DNA of 64,000 nucleotides from Lineus longissimus (Eukaryota): NCBI RefSeq assembly GCF_910592395.1, contig NC_088308.1, positions 2,418,001 to 2,482,000 of the forward strand, read 5' to 3'. Shown piece by piece: positions 15,941 to 31,056 of this stretch (position 1 is its first letter; each line of letters starts with the position of its first letter). The notes under the pieces were generated by a model. It saw only the letters and a program-made list of their open reading frames with translations, ran no database searches and was not told where the DNA came from. The position numbers and the translations under genes were made by a program.

Positions 15941-18900
15941 TTATTCTGTAGTCGTAGCTCGAAGAGCAGCGTCCATGGCAGCACTAGCACCAGCTGTGAT
16001 TGAATCTTGATCTTTCTGAAAATAGACAGCCAAAAAATAACTTCTCACAGTGCCCATGTACACATGATCACATTGCAGCAGACACAATAAGCAACATGGA
16101 GGAAATAGACTGAGGAGAGGTCCCTATGGCTCAAATGGAACACCCCAGAGAGACGAAGGACAATGGAGGAGAGACACAAATGGCAAGGGATTGTGGCTGC
16201 ACCCAAGCCCGAACTGGAGTGGAACACTACTTACTCTATGCTCCAAAATAATGAGATTACTGAGCCGTTTTATTTCTCTGGGATTTGACAACAGGGCTGC
16301 TTGTCTGTCAAGGATAAGTTTCTGTTCTTCTTGAAGTTTTTTGATGAATTCTCCTCTTCCTTTCCGACCTCTCTCAAACAACCTGGAACAATGAAAAAAT
16401 ACACTTCTGAAGGTAGTGCAACCAAGACCACATGTCTTCCTGTCAAAATCTATAGTTAAAGCTCGGCCTTCACTTATGTCCTAGAATAAGTAAGTGATAC
16501 CAAACAGACGGTATACAAAAGACATTTTTGGAAACCGTCTTGAGCGATAGCCATCATGGAGGGTTGGCAGCTCTGACCACACCCCACCTTCAGGAAGTAA
16601 TGACACTTACTCTTGGCATTCTTTGCTCCTGTTTTTTACTTTCTTGAAACTTTCTGAAATGATGTCCATGTATGTTCTCTCCTCTAATGTAAGCCAGTCA
16701 AGGAAATCAAACCATAACCTACTGCGAAGGTACAGTGGCACATCCCCCGACTGACACCTCTGTTGGCAGGACAACCTCTCTGTTCGTGCAAGAAACAGTG
16801 GTTTTGGTCCCTAATCAGCCATGTCTATAAATTATAACTTGGTAATCAGGACACCTACTGATTATGGAAAGCCTTTGTCAATCCCAAGGATGTCCTTAAT
16901 AGAGAGGTCCTACTAAATGGAGCCTAGCCCTCGCTGCCCAGATGTTGGGCTAACTAAGTTCAGATTATTGAGAAACCCGCACATTGCTGATCTTAAAGCA
17001 GGGGTGATTGGATGAAATCAAAAAGGTAAGTCACTTAGGCATTTCTGATCAAATCAATACTACGCTATCAATATCTGTCATCAAAAGGATATGATGGTAA
17101 ACTTTTAATCTCTGTTCGCTGCACTTTCACATCTACCCCAGCTGTTGACTTCAAATTTTTCTTCTTCAGGAAATGTGCAACAAGCGGACTCTGGCCTTGG
17201 ATGTTGAACACGTATTTGATGAATTCTGGGCCTCGACAGGCTGGATGAGACTAAATAGAAACCAAAACATATTGCATTAGTATATCGGACATCTGACAAA
17301 GACATGTTTTAGGTACAACTTGCTCCCTCTGTGACCCAATTTAAACCTGGCAGGTCAAGTGGCTATCGCACACTAGTTGTCACCAAGGTCTGAGCTAACT
17401 TTTGAACTAGGAAAAGCCATTTAGTTTCTCTTTACCTCTCTTTTTGGATCAAAAGCCGAATTCCAATATGGCGAAATCTTCTTCCCACCGGCTATTCTTG
17501 AGAGTGCAGTGCTGGGCGTTGCTGTTGGAGTTGGTGTTGGCTCCTGAAACCTTGTCTCCACAATTGGTGACATCACTAAGGCATGCTGAACTTTCTTCAC
17601 GTCTTTCTCTGAGCCAGATTTCTTGAGAATCGATTTCGGAGGGACCTGAGCATCAGCAACTTTCCCTATGAGATCCTGGGAGCTGCCATTACTACTTGAA
17701 TTTGCCTTCCTGGGACCTTGGCCATTTTTCTTCCCAAAGGGTCCTTCACCATTTGACTTGACTGATCCAGATTGATTTAGGGTTGTTTGTGAGCTGTGTA
17801 TGCTGCCTTGACCAGTCGGCACACCCAAGTAGTCAAAGTTCATGGAAGACACTGGAATTATAAGAGAGAACAAATAAATGAAACAAGTAAGGGTTCACTT
17901 CTAAACAACCAATTACCGTGAGTGCATTAACAGATTAAAGGCACAGGTACATTTACGCTTGGATGCCATGGATAGCCAGATAGGGTTTCACTCACTCTTT
18001 TTCCCCGCTTTGTTATTCTTGGACATCTCCTCTCTAACCTTGATGTTTGCTGGTTCTAACATGTCTAGATTCCACTTCATCCAGGTCCTGGGAGCTGGCT
18101 TCAAACCTACAAATGTACAAAAGTGGTTTTAAAGACACTTGCATTGTAAAAGTCATGTCATACTAATATCTTGTTCAGTCCTGAGAGACAGTAACTTTGT
18201 GTAACTTAATCTGGCCTCCTCAGACCCTGCCTATAGTCTCCCTTTACAATACAAACAGAGTTGGAAAAACGTCTATTTCACCTTCAGACTACTCACCAAC
18301 AACCCACTGTGTGACCAGACTGATGAGATCCTCCTTAAAATCTGCATCAAACTGCCGGTAGGAATCTGGGAAAGATTCACAGAATGACGCATAGACTCCC
18401 TGAGCAAGGATGTTAGCATAGTCCTGTAACCAAATGAAGGGATTGAGCTGTTACTTCTTCTTCTGCAACTTATAAAAGGCTCTCACAATTTGAATCCCAG
18501 GAAACTACTATTTACATTGAATATTTGCCTTTTCTTACATGTAGAACAAGGAAGTTCCAGTGTGACATTGTTTTGGCACGGATGTGGACCAGAAAAAAAG
18601 CAAGAAATCGCACTGATATTATGTCAGTTGAATTTGCCTGGTCAATACTGGGTTAATCAATAACCTTTTTATTCTTATTCCAATCGCTTTGCTGCTATTT
18701 TCGGACTGAAATTTCTTGTGAGAACTTACCTTGAGAAAAACTTCCCGTAAGTTTGGATCTTTGCAGTATAAAAGGAGCTTCACATAATTATGTGACACCC
18801 TGTTGAAAAGTTTACTCTGTGCTTCCTTGTCAGCTTGGAATCTTTCCAGAAAGTACCACCAGAAGATGTCCTGAAATCAGTAAAAGCAAATCATCATTTT

Positions 18901-20985
18901 CGTGCAAATATGCAAACGGCTTGGAACAAATGTCTTCAGAACAAGTAGAGCAGTTAACTTCATGAAATTAGGTGAAAAAAACAGACCTCAGTTTAAAACA
19001 TCTCTTACTCAGAATATAAATTGAAGTGACAAAATCATTCCAAGATTTGAGAATTCACTAACCTCAAGAGCTGACAGTAGACAAAGTGTACCTACCACTA
19101 ATATTGCTTGTGACATCTGAGAAAGCATCAACTTGTCAAAATCCACTCTGTAACTGGGCTGAAAGGGAAAGAGAAATAAGACCATGAGCCTATGATATTC
19201 CAAGGTCAAGCTGTAGGCCCATGGACTATGTTTTTGTCTTTCTCTACTAAAGAAGAAATAGTTGTTGCAGTATAATTCACATGAGAACAGTTTTCTGAGA
19301 CTCTTATACAGTTTAGAAATATAAGTGTTCATCCGTCGCCGTATTTCCACAATTTGACAATATTCTGGCATGACTTTACCTTCTTCAGCAGGTGAACCTG
19401 GGCATCAGAAACCTTTCTCAAGATCTGCACAGCTGGTACTTCATCAGGAAGAGGAGTGATCTCGGTCGCATCATAGCCAGGATATTGATGGAGCTATGTA
19501 AAGAAAGGGCAAATGGTCAAAATACCAGGCGCAGTTGTCATTCCATCTGGAGGGCCAGCTCACTTCTAACAAGTAACACTTCTAAGAAACTACAAGACAG
19601 ATCTGTCACCAAAATACTGTTTTCGTGTGTTCGATGTGAATCCAATTCTTATTGCCTTCCGAGGGCAGTGTTACTTACCTCAACAAATTTGGGCTTGTTT
19701 GAATCTCTCTTTACCTGGAAAAGCAAAAGAATAATGCTCACATGGGAAATTTCAATATTCACACATAGAATTCAATACATGCACAAGTAAGAGTGGAACC
19801 TCCCTTAGCGGACGACTCTGTTAGTAGAACTCCCCTTTTATAAGGGACTAGTCGTTTCTATACAATAAACCAGAACAACTCTTGTCAGTCCCAAACATGT
19901 CCTGTATAGAGTGGTTCTACTGCACTGTTCAAGTGAATCCCAACAGTATAAGTTCATGCCAATTTTTCTCACACAAAGTATGTTTAGAAATAAGAAAAAG
20001 GTCTTACATTTGTTTTGCTTGGATTCATGCTGATCTTTGAAATATTCTTGACCCTCTCACTGGTACCCACACCAAATGCTGAAAAAAATTGATCAGTAAA
20101 TGGTTTATTAAACATGGCTTCATTTATACAAGTTGTAAGAATATTTTCCCCAAAACACAGGACATTTTTACCACACAAGTTTTTCAGCAGTAAAAGACTG
20201 AGTCAGAGAGTAATGCAATACCTACTTGATTTGACAGCATATATTCCAGCAAATTTCGTGAGTTCCTTGCCATCTCTCTCTGTAAAGAAATGAATAGTGA
20301 GTCAACAAATGACATATTTATTTGGTTGACACATTTGTGTTGTGATGTCATAATTATCAGGGAGGACTAACTGAGTAGGCCCTATTTGATGATAGAAATA
20401 ACTCAGTTGATAGTATTCCAATTCCATGATTATGCATGCTTGCTACAATGCCAATGGTGTAGCTTGTGCTCACCAATGAGCCTATAGAACATTAACGGTC
20501 TTTTCAGACAAAATTAACTTAGAAAAAAAACTTGCTTCATTTTCAAGTTCACTTTTGCAACTTTTCAAGCTTACCTTTTATTTGATATTTTTCCCTGCCT
20601 TTTGCACTAGACGGTGGTTTGTATTCTGGATGATGTTCCGAAGCTCTACTTTCTACAACAAGTTCAGTGTAACTCTGGAGCTTCCGGTCAAGTTTGCTGA
20701 TCTTGGTACTGACTTCTTCAATGGATCCAATGAGGAAAGCTGTATCTATTGTCAAGGAAATATATCTTTATTTATAACCAATCTAATCTTTATCACACTT
20801 TGACAATATGCACCTGCGTATGGGGACCGATTTCGGCGAAAATGAGCAAATATTGAAAGGATACGTGATCGAACATTTTGCCGACCCCTTAGTTTTTGTA
20901 TTTTTCGGTCAAGTTTCTCTCTAGATAGTTCTAAATTTTCTTGGCAAATGTTCATTGGCGATGCAACCCTGTTGATTGCCGCCAT
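15941..20985 (-). CDS. FAM227A: FAM227A-like protein (FWWh domain), multi-exon
   Basis: Exon 20865-20985 MAAINRVASPMN...NVRS joins 20575-20739 PFLIGSIEEVSTKI; exon 18730-18870 DIFWWYFLERFQ...LFNRVSHNYVKLL; then DYANILAQGVYASFCESFPDS and LKPAPRTWMKWN; last exon ends ...AALRATTTE* at 15941. Not every internal exon resolved. Confidence 0.85.
16731..16913. mobile_element. Degenerate short Tc1/mariner-type MITE in FAM227A intron
   Basis: TACAGTGGCACATCCC...GTCCTTAATAGAGAGGTCCTACTA; related to the element at 19792. Confidence 0.4.
19792..19922. mobile_element. Degenerate short Tc1/mariner-type MITE in FAM227A intron
   Basis: Imperfect terminal inverted repeats AGTGGAACCTC...GTGGTTCTACTG. Confidence 0.45.
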
Positions 20986-21244
20986 CTTGCTTGTTTTGTC
21001 GTTGCCATGTAGGCCATCAATTTAAAGCACTAGATACAAGTAAGACATTTTCATTTTTATTCAATTACTAGTTAATTAGCAAACAAAAATGCATGATACT
21101 TCAAAACATTAGTAAATAGATAAAAGTTGAAATTTATGATAAGTCACATTTTGTAACAATATGGTTAAAAGGTTTTTCGAATGTCTGTATCGTGTGGCAG
21201 AAATTAACTAGCTTACAGAGCTCAAACGCAACATAAACTTCCGG
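20978..21244. promoter_or_regulatory. Bidirectional promoter motifs between FAM227A and CBY1
   Basis: YY1-type GCCGCCATCTTG over the FAM227A ATG; RFX X-box-like GTTGCCATGTAGGC 21001-21014 (3' half degenerate); ETS-type ACTTCCGG 21237-21244. Confidence 0.5.
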
Positions 21245-21933
21245 TTGAATTCTCGAAGATTTTTTCGAATATTCTCTACCATATCGTTTTGTAAGAGTCT
21301 TGCTGCGAGTTAATGTAAGTTTTGTGGTACCATGTTCAAAGTCAGTTTCGACTCGATTGAGACGATTATTCTATTATCAACTGAATTTGACAAAAAGGTG
21401 AAGTTTCATGTGTTTTTGGTAGCAACTGACTAGCATGCAGCGCCAGCGATGAAGTCTTCATTTCATAATTTCAAGTTTTGGCTGTCTGCCAAAAAATGAT
21501 TAATCCACTTTCTTAATGGTCACCATCTTGGGTGGATCCCATACATGTGTTGCCAGAAAAGGGCATTTAAACTGAAGGAGCACAACTAAGTGACAGTGAC
21601 ATTGGCAGTGTGCAAAAGAAACGCTTCAAAACATCATAAACATTAAACAAGTAAGAAAGAGACATTCACTGATTCAGACAAGCTTTACCCAAGGCCGAGG
21701 GAGACAGCTTTGCTCTGGCCTGAACAATCTGGTCACCAGTGAACACATCCCTATGCCAGAACCAAAGGATTATGTTGCCTAAAGGCTAGGTGGGTGAATG
21801 GTCGGAGCCAAAACAGTCTTTGTCAAACTGACAACCTGCTAAACATCTCATAATGGATGGATGGGCCAGCACATTCTCATTGGTTTTCAGGATCATGATA
21901 TCAGACAGTTGATATTTCTTTTCAGACGTCAAG

Positions 21934-22899
21934 ATGCCACTCTTTGGGAACAAATTCTCCCCAAAGAAAACAAGCCCAAGAAAAGCACCATCTTTATCGA
22001 ATCTGAGCACAGATCCAGATTTCCGAGAGCAGGAATTGTCATTAGACTATGGGCCGATCCAAGTCAAGTTGGGAAATAATGAAGTGACCTTTGAAAATGG
22101 GCAATGGATATCAGGTAAGTGTACTTTCCGGAGTGACAATTTTGAGAATGACGTAAAATAGATGAGTACCTTGGGATATCTCTTTATTTGATGTGCAAAC
22201 AGAAGTGTGGGACCCAGTATGGCACAAGTAAGGATAAATGTGAAACACTCCTGGTTCTGGTCTAGTCAGCAGTCTCTCCATCTTTTCAGAAACAAGCGGA
22301 GCAGCTACAGTCCACAGAGAGATGGCCAAGATTAAGAAACAAAGCCAACAGCTTATTGAAGAAAACAACTTGTTAAAAATGAAGGTGGACATCTTATTAG
22401 ACTTGGTTAGTAGACAGTTCAATTTCTTAATTTCATTTGGAATAGCTATCTCAATGAAGAACAATTTCTTCCTTGATTTTAGGTGTGTATTTTCTGAAAT
22501 TACAAGAGGACCACAATAAGATACAAAAGCTAGTGGTGTTGCACTTTTATGTGCTACAATGCCGGAATTTTATGTTGGACTTTCGATTGGGTATTGGCAG
22601 TATGTAACATGTTATGACCTCGAGAAAGTGTCTAACTGTAATCTGATTTTCCTTGCCACTGCTGAGTAGGAAATTCTCCATTTTTGTATTCCATCTCTTG
22701 AGGATGATGGCAATGAGAGCCACACAAAGCTGAATAGCATTAATTGGTAATCAGTTTCATCTAAATTTGTTATAGTTAAAACTTCATATAAAATGCTTTT
22801 TTGCTATGTTTTCAGTTATCAGAGACAACAGCGGAGGTTCACTTACAAGAAAATGAGATTGACGAACTCAAGAATTTGAACCGCAACAAAAAGAGATGA
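21934..22899 (+). CDS. CBY1: Protein chibby homolog, 126 aa; exons 21934-22114, 22290-22405, 22816-22899
   Basis: MPLFGNKFSPKKTSPRKAPSLSNL...LDYGPIQVKLG...FENGQWI; coiled coil LIEENNLLKMKVDILLDLLSETTAEVHL; in-phase GT-AG junctions; acceptor at 21925 implies an upstream 5'UTR exon. Confidence 0.95.
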
Positions 22900-23936
22900 T
22901 CTTTTACTTTTAGACCTCGACAATTCTTTTTATATTATTGCCATGTAAATTATCTTTGGAATGGACTGTAGATAGAAAAAAATGTAGGATTTAGACTTGT
23001 TAACTTGAGAACATGGACTCTTAGCTTAGTTGGAAGCAGAAAGAGGTTATGAGACCAATGCTTGTTGCCTTGAGAACGTGGGTATGCAGTGGCTGGATCC
23101 ACTTGAAGTATGTAGCCTGCTTGTAAACAAGGAATGTTTTGAACGCCTCAGTTATATATTGTTGCATGGAAATGAATGAATTTTTTCTCTGATTTTTGCC
23201 AGAGATTATTGGAAATGAATTACATTGTACTTTGTATTATTGAAATGTTTTTTGCTCCTTATATCATTGGCAACAATTTGTTTCAATGTCTCTTGAATAT
23301 AATATTTTATGTTGTGGTATTTTTCCAAGCTGGTGGTAACCTAAGGCCAGTGTTTTCATATATCATCTCTTACATTCTGCTATTCAAATCCTTTGGAAAT
23401 CATTTGCTAGAAATTGTAGTTTTGCTGCTAACTTTTGCCAAACAGTTTGATCCAACATCTTTTTGAATTGCATGTGTTTAGAATAAACCTTCGTCCATCC
23501 GAAAAAACTAGCGAAGTAAATGAAATTCTGCTTGATCTGAGTTTGAATTGGGAGTTATTAAATTCTGATATAACATAAACATTATATTCAGCACTACTGA
23601 ACATATTTACTCTTCATTTATAGCTGATTTGCAGTTATCTAAACTATTCGAACTGCTTACCAGACTTATTTTAAGGAGGCTTTATGGAAACTTCAGTGGT
23701 CGACAACCATAGAATACATAGCCTCCCCACAATTGTTTTCCTGGGGAGAGGTACTTTGATCCAGGTATAGAAAACTCAGAGTTTCTGTACTGGTGCATAT
23801 GTAAGATTTTTTGTATTCTGTAACATGAAAATAAAGGAAGATAATTTCATATCAACATGTCTGTTTTTGTTGAAATTCTTGTGGTGTACAATGGTGATCT
23901 ATTTTCCTGCTTGATATGCCTGTGGATGTCTTTGCT

Positions 23937-24886
23937 CGACCCTCATGCACATGGATTAGCCTGTCACAACCTGTTGAGTTGTACATAAATAGAAAAGAGC
24001 TGGGCTATCGGAACCTGACACTGTCACACCCACAGACGAGTTTGGCTGTCACACCCTGACAAGCTGCATGAACAGCAGGGCAGAGTCCGTCCATTTCGTC
24101 ATTTTATTTGTCTCCTCATTGGGAGGGACGACGCTGGTCCACTGTGTCTGGAATACTAGTCACAACTTGTCATGGACCATTCTGTCAAAACCAACGATCC
24201 AAAGCTGGTCTTCACTGGGATCTGCAAGGAAAGCAGGCACATCATCCGAGAAGCCATCAACAGTATTGTTCAAGGTTAGTATAAAAAAGAACTTTTGCTG
24301 CAAAGGTATGAGGTAAAGATTCCTAATACGTGACAAAATAGGTAACCTGATCCAGCTTGGCCTTTGTATTCTCCTTGAATCGTCCAAGAACTTTCTCCAG
24401 CAGGTTTTTTCAAATTATGAGAACAAATTTTCGTCCTTGAAAAGCTTGAAACCAAAACTCAAGATAATTAGGACCAAATGTTGGTTTCATGCTAAAAGTA
24501 GCTTTATTGTGTAAATACTGGTACACTTATACATGCTTAAGTATGTTCAGGGTATTGGGATAATAACCCAATCCTGTAAATAAACAGAATAATATACATG
24601 TATCACAGTGTGACTGGAGAGTTTCTAGTCCTCATGCATGCAATGATCACCTTTATCCTTAAAGAGTCCAAGTTTTCGTACAATTATGTATGTTCAGACA
24701 TTTATCCTATCTCGGGCGTCAGTGAATTCAAACACACAAACTCAGGCTTTGTCGTATTACAAATTTATCCAACAAAACTAGTCAAATTTGACATTGGGTG
24801 CAGCCTACAACTGTTTTTGAAGCACAACTGATAATTTATGATAGTCACAATGCAATTTATTGCATGTTCAAAGACTAAAAATAAGG
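23937..24886 (+). repeat. 950-bp block, copy A (uninterrupted)
   Basis: Colinear and near-identical to 28873-29256 plus 30450-31058. Confidence 0.9.
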
Positions 24887-25165
24887 GAGAAAATCTGACT
24901 CAAGCAGTGGTCAATCGAGCCACGATGTAAAACTGCCAGAATGCACATTTGTTGTACTCAAGTGTAAGTATGTTATCTGCATGTACACCTGTGCTTTCGA
25001 CTGAAAATAAACCAAGTCCCAGGCATTCACTATTACACCTTTTAGTGTGTCCTTGCTATTAGCACTGTGTTTCTAAAGCAGCATATGGATGTGTGACAAT
25101 GTGCCCATTATATCCCGTTGGACCACACTTTGCTATCACTGAGAAAACTAGCTGAAAATGACATT

Positions 25166-28100
25166 CTAATGGCGATATCCACAAGTCCATCCTTCTGTCA
25201 TCTGGGGCTCAAGGAAGCCCCGGAACGTAGCTCCATCAGCAGACCACCTGGCACCATACCCTGCAATCAGAGCAAGAAGAAAGTGAGGCCATTTGAAAAG
25301 ACAGTCTGGGAAAAATTAAGAACTTGATGGAAACATAATAATCATTGCAACCACTATAATCATATAATAATCCATCTTCAAGTAATTTCATCGAAACTTC
25401 TGTGTTTAACTCCTATATAGTGTCAGGAAAGATCCACATGATTATGTGTCAGCATTGTAATAGATACAGCACTTTTGTGAACACGTGCCCCTCAATGAAA
25501 CTTTTCACATGTACTCACCATCAATTTGCCTGATTTCCAGAATCTCAACTTGGTGCTGAAAGTATAAAAAAACATTATCGTAAGTCTTCTTATGGATTAA
25601 AGATCTCTAATCTATACTTGGTGAAATGCATTATATGTACAGCCAATGCATAATCTGAGGTAGTTCAAGTTTGAAGGTCATAGCTTGAAGGAAGCTTTTG
25701 AGGTAGAGTCCAGCTTCACTTCATTATGAAAGTGAATAAGCCGTCTTATCTTGTCTTTCTGAGACACCCTGTCATGTCATTGTGACACCTCTGACTGTGT
25801 GCTTACTTGAAGCTGATGTATATTAATCCATGTGGCTTCATTCAGAATCCTATCAATCACTTTAACAGCATGGGCATTCTTTGCTTCCTCCGCTGAAATG
25901 AAGAGGTGAAATAGTAACAGAACTGAAAACTTCTCTACCAATCTGCTGGGAACATGCAAATTAGGTCTGCAGTCAGCGCTCATACATACATTATATGTGC
26001 CATCAATTAAAAGGTCACAACCGCTCCTGACTGGTTTAACAGTAAATCAGACCTGATCGGACAACTCTCTAAACTCAGTCAATTGTTTCAGAATTATTCA
26101 ATATCAGTTGATTTGCACTGCCACCTGCACAACCTCATCAGAAACGCCATACAGTGGGGACAGAGGTAGTTCATAATAGGGACTTTGAATGGAGTTAAAG
26201 GGACTACCCGGCGGGTAGGTCCCCTGGCTCAAGTCTCATCAAATCTCATAGACACTATGTCAGAGTTTGGAGTGCAGATATGGGATATTTCAGCCATGTT
26301 CAATCCCAGGTGACTTACTTCCAGTGCTCTTCCCCCACCAACTAGCTGTCTGGTCTCTATGACCATGCTTGGCCAAAGCTCGTGCACCAACAGTCAACTC
26401 TGAATTAGCACTGCAGAAGAAAAAAATAATTCCTGAGTATAGGTCAATGTTTTGCATTATGACAATGAAGAACATTACTGATGAAATCAAATGTCTTTGT
26501 GATGCTTGGGCCTTTCATATCTAATGAACATGCACACCTTTGATACATGTATATTGTAGTCATTGGTTTTAGAAATCTAAAGAGTATGAAGACTGGATAT
26601 AAACTGGAATTGGGCATTGCCCTTTTCAGTGCTGTTCTGAAGTCCTGACCACTTGTTCAGAGATACATAATAAGCAAAGAATTTGTTTTTAAAACTCACC
26701 TATGCTTCTCATTGAATGTTTCCTCTAGTGTGTACCTTGGTGGAGGAAACATCTCGCAGGTCCCAACAGTTTTCCTGATTCCAAGCATATCCATTAATCC
26801 TCGCTTTCCAAGTCTCTGAAAATGACAAATGTGAGAGAATCTTTAGGCATCTTTTGTTTATCATAGGGAGCTTTTGACCCCAATACCTTCATTGATCAGC
26901 TACACATCATCAAAACATACTTATCCAGCATAACACAGACAACATTTCTTTGTTCAATACTTACCTGCAAAATTTCTCTGACCCTGTAGAACCGTTCATC
27001 AGGAGACCAAACTGACCACAGACTTTTAAAGCCTACCATCATGCCTTCGATGGACTTGGTGTATTCTTGCCTGGCAAAAGAGACCAGAAAAGGATAACAA
27101 CTAAAGTGATGTCAAAAAATGTTTGAAGCGAAGTTTTAGTTTTAAAACAATTTGAGTGAGGATATATCTTCTTAATGGTCTTTATCATCAGAAGAGTAAC
27201 AGAACCTGATGGTACACAAGGCCTTTGGCACGCAAGTTTGATTCACCAGTTAGTATTTAAGTCTATGTGTTACAATACAATGCAGAATAACTCACCTCAC
27301 TTGCTCATAGCCCTGCTCATCAAATAACTCGTAGGTGGGCAGGTCCAAGACAATGCAATGACTGAAAAATAAAAAGGATATTTTGTCAGACAGAAAAACC
27401 AAAGTCCATCTCAAAAAATGAACCTGACTAGCTGAGGACAATCTACAAGTCAATGCCTTTCACTGTCTAACTACAACTTTTTGTAAAGACCAAACTTATT
27501 TGTGATGAAAACTGTTTGGAAAAATTTCCTGACCTTCACTTTTAAATTTTTTTGGCAGAAGTACAGAACTTTTGTTTGATTGAAAATGAGCAAAACACTA
27601 ACCCTGTGTCCAACCATTTCTGCAGGACACTTCCAATTTCCTTGTATAGTGGATGTGCGGGGTACCCCTTACACCCTTCTCGAAACGGTCTGGCCTCAGC
27701 ATTATCATTAACCAATAACTTCATAATGTCTTCCTTTGTAAGAAATGATTCCCTCTCATCCAACTCCTTCTGCAGGACCTGTGAAGAGAAATACATTTGA
27801 CAAGGTTCATGTTATCACCTGTAGTAGAGTTTACACTTGCAGGGATGCATTAATTCTAGTGTCCAAAATAAGTTGGCTACTCTGTAATTATAACTATTTC
27901 GTACTTTTCCTTTGCTTTCCACAAAGTGGCCAGATTGATCATCTTGCAGTAAAGTCTACAGGAGAGTGAAGAGCAACACAGTCAATTTTTCCAGGAACAC
28001 AATTTCAACACAACACCTATGTTGATGCATACCTGGGAACAACTCACAGGCACTGCCACTCAAGATGGCCCTTTGTGTTGTCTATGTCTCAATCAGGGGT

Positions 28101-28221
28101 TTCAACATCCATTAAGTTAAGGGGTTGAATCTACATGAATATATCTATTAGCTGAGACCAGTCAACGATGGGAGGGGCATACCTTATGTACTGCATCCAC
28201 TAAGTCTATTTCCTCTTCCAT
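25166..28221 (-). CDS. Uncharacterised 270-aa protein similar to plant ASCH-domain family proteins but without ASCH; exons 28183-28221, 27603-27778, 27296-27361, 26965-27070, 26700-26815, 26319-26410, 25807-25892, 25519-25555, 25166-25260
   Basis: Nine GT-AG exons join into 813 nt with no internal stop: MEEEIDLVDAVHK...GYPAHPLYKEIG...LGIRKTVG...PPPR...LTVGARALAKHGHRD..SWWG...KNAHA...WINIH...LEIR..DGYGARWSADGATFRGFLEPQMTEGWTCGYRH*. Family assignment from recalled motifs. Confidence 0.88.
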
Positions 28222-28393
28222 CTCTCTTTTGTAGCGTGTATACATCGATTAGTCACAGTACTGTCAGTAGTTATGTCGTCCGGTGGTTAGATTGACATTG
28301 ACATTGACAGATTCCCAAGATCAAGCCCAGTTCTTCCCAAGAGTTGATCAGCCTACGACACAATATACCGTTACGATGATGATATGATGATGA

Positions 28394-28873
28394 TGGAATG
28401 ACCAGGAAATACTTGACGGGTGTGTTGCAATGTTTTCATTCATAGTTCAACATTTTGTCACTTGAGCAATTTGGCGCTTCAGTACGAAGATTTTGCGCAA
28501 CATCATCCTCTTCCGAGTTCTTGTTCAACAAAATCGTCACCTTGTTACAAAGATAGAATGCTTTTCTTTGAACTGGTATGGCACACAATGTTCATTGATG
28601 ATGAAGTTTGAGGAAATCAGCATATTTTAAGGAGAAAATCGGGGAAAAAAATCGATTGCAAAATTGTTCATTTTGCATAATATAACCTTGTCCCACAACA
28701 TCCGCAGAGGCCGTGGCTGCTCTGTAAACTCGACAAAGAGCCGTCTCGACTCCCTTGTCCTCCGGTACCACCATACCTGATTACTGCCTGGATCGTAATA
28801 CTGCAATTGGCCTACCACTGATGACACTCACATGTGAGGGTGAGGTGAGGGCTCGCCCTCACAATATTCAGGC
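28394..28873. mobile_element. Dispersed repeat of about 480 bp, copy 1
   Basis: TGGAATGACCAGGAAATACTTGACGGG...CCCTCACAATATTCAGGC, same as 45201-45669; GTGAGGG...CCCTCAC hairpin near one end; family unassigned. Confidence 0.7.
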
Positions 28874-29256
28874 GACCCTCATGCACATGGAATATGCCTG
28901 TCACGACCTGTCGAGTTGTACATAAATAGAAAAGAGCTGGGCTATCGGAACCTGACACTGTCACACCCACAGACGAGTTTGGCTGTCACACCCTGACAAG
29001 CTGTATGAACAGCAGGGCTGTTGCAACTAGACTCCAGAGTCCGTCCATTTCGTCATTTTATTTGTCTCCTCATTGGGAGGGACGACGCTGGTCCACTGCG
29101 TCTTGAATAATAGTCATAACTTGTCATGGACCATTCTGTCACAACCAACGATCCAAAACTGGTCTCCACTGGGATCTGAGAGGAAAGCAGGCACATCATC
29201 CAAGAAGCCTACACATCATCCGAGAAGCCATCAACAGTATTGTTGGTTGGTATAAA

Positions 29257-30449
<1,193 letters not shown>

Positions 30450-31056
30450 AAAAAGAACTTTTGCTGCAAAGGTATTAGGTAAAGATTCCTGATACGCGAC
30501 AAAATAGGTAACCTGATCCAGCTTGGCCTTTGTATTCTCCTTGAACCGTCCAAGAACTTTCTCTGGCAGGTTTTTTCAAATTATGAGAACAAATTTTCGT
30601 CCTTGAAAAGCTTGAAACCAAAACTCAAGATAATTAGGACCAAATGTTGGTTTCATGCTAAAAGTAGCTTTATTGTGTAAATACTGGTACACTTATACAT
30701 ACTTAAGTATGTTCAGGGTATTGGGATAATAACCCAATCCTGTAAATAAACAGAATAATATACATATAGTATCACAGTGTGACTGAAGAGTTTCTCGTCC
30801 TTATGCATTCAATAATCACCTTCATCCTTAAATAGTCCAAGTTTTCGTACAATTATGTATGTTCAGACATTAATCCTATCTCGGACACGCCAGTGAATTT
30901 AAACACACAAACTCAGGCTTTGTCGTATTACAAATTTATCCAACAAAACTAGTCAAATTTGACATTGGGTGCAGCCTACAACTGTTTTTGAAGCACAACT
31001 GATAATTTATGATAGTCACAATGCAATTTATTGCATTTTAAAAGACTAAAAAATAA

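Noticed and set aside
28275..28360. A-box-like GTCCGGTGGTTAG, possible tRNA
   Set aside because: No B box or cloverleaf; at most a decayed SINE head
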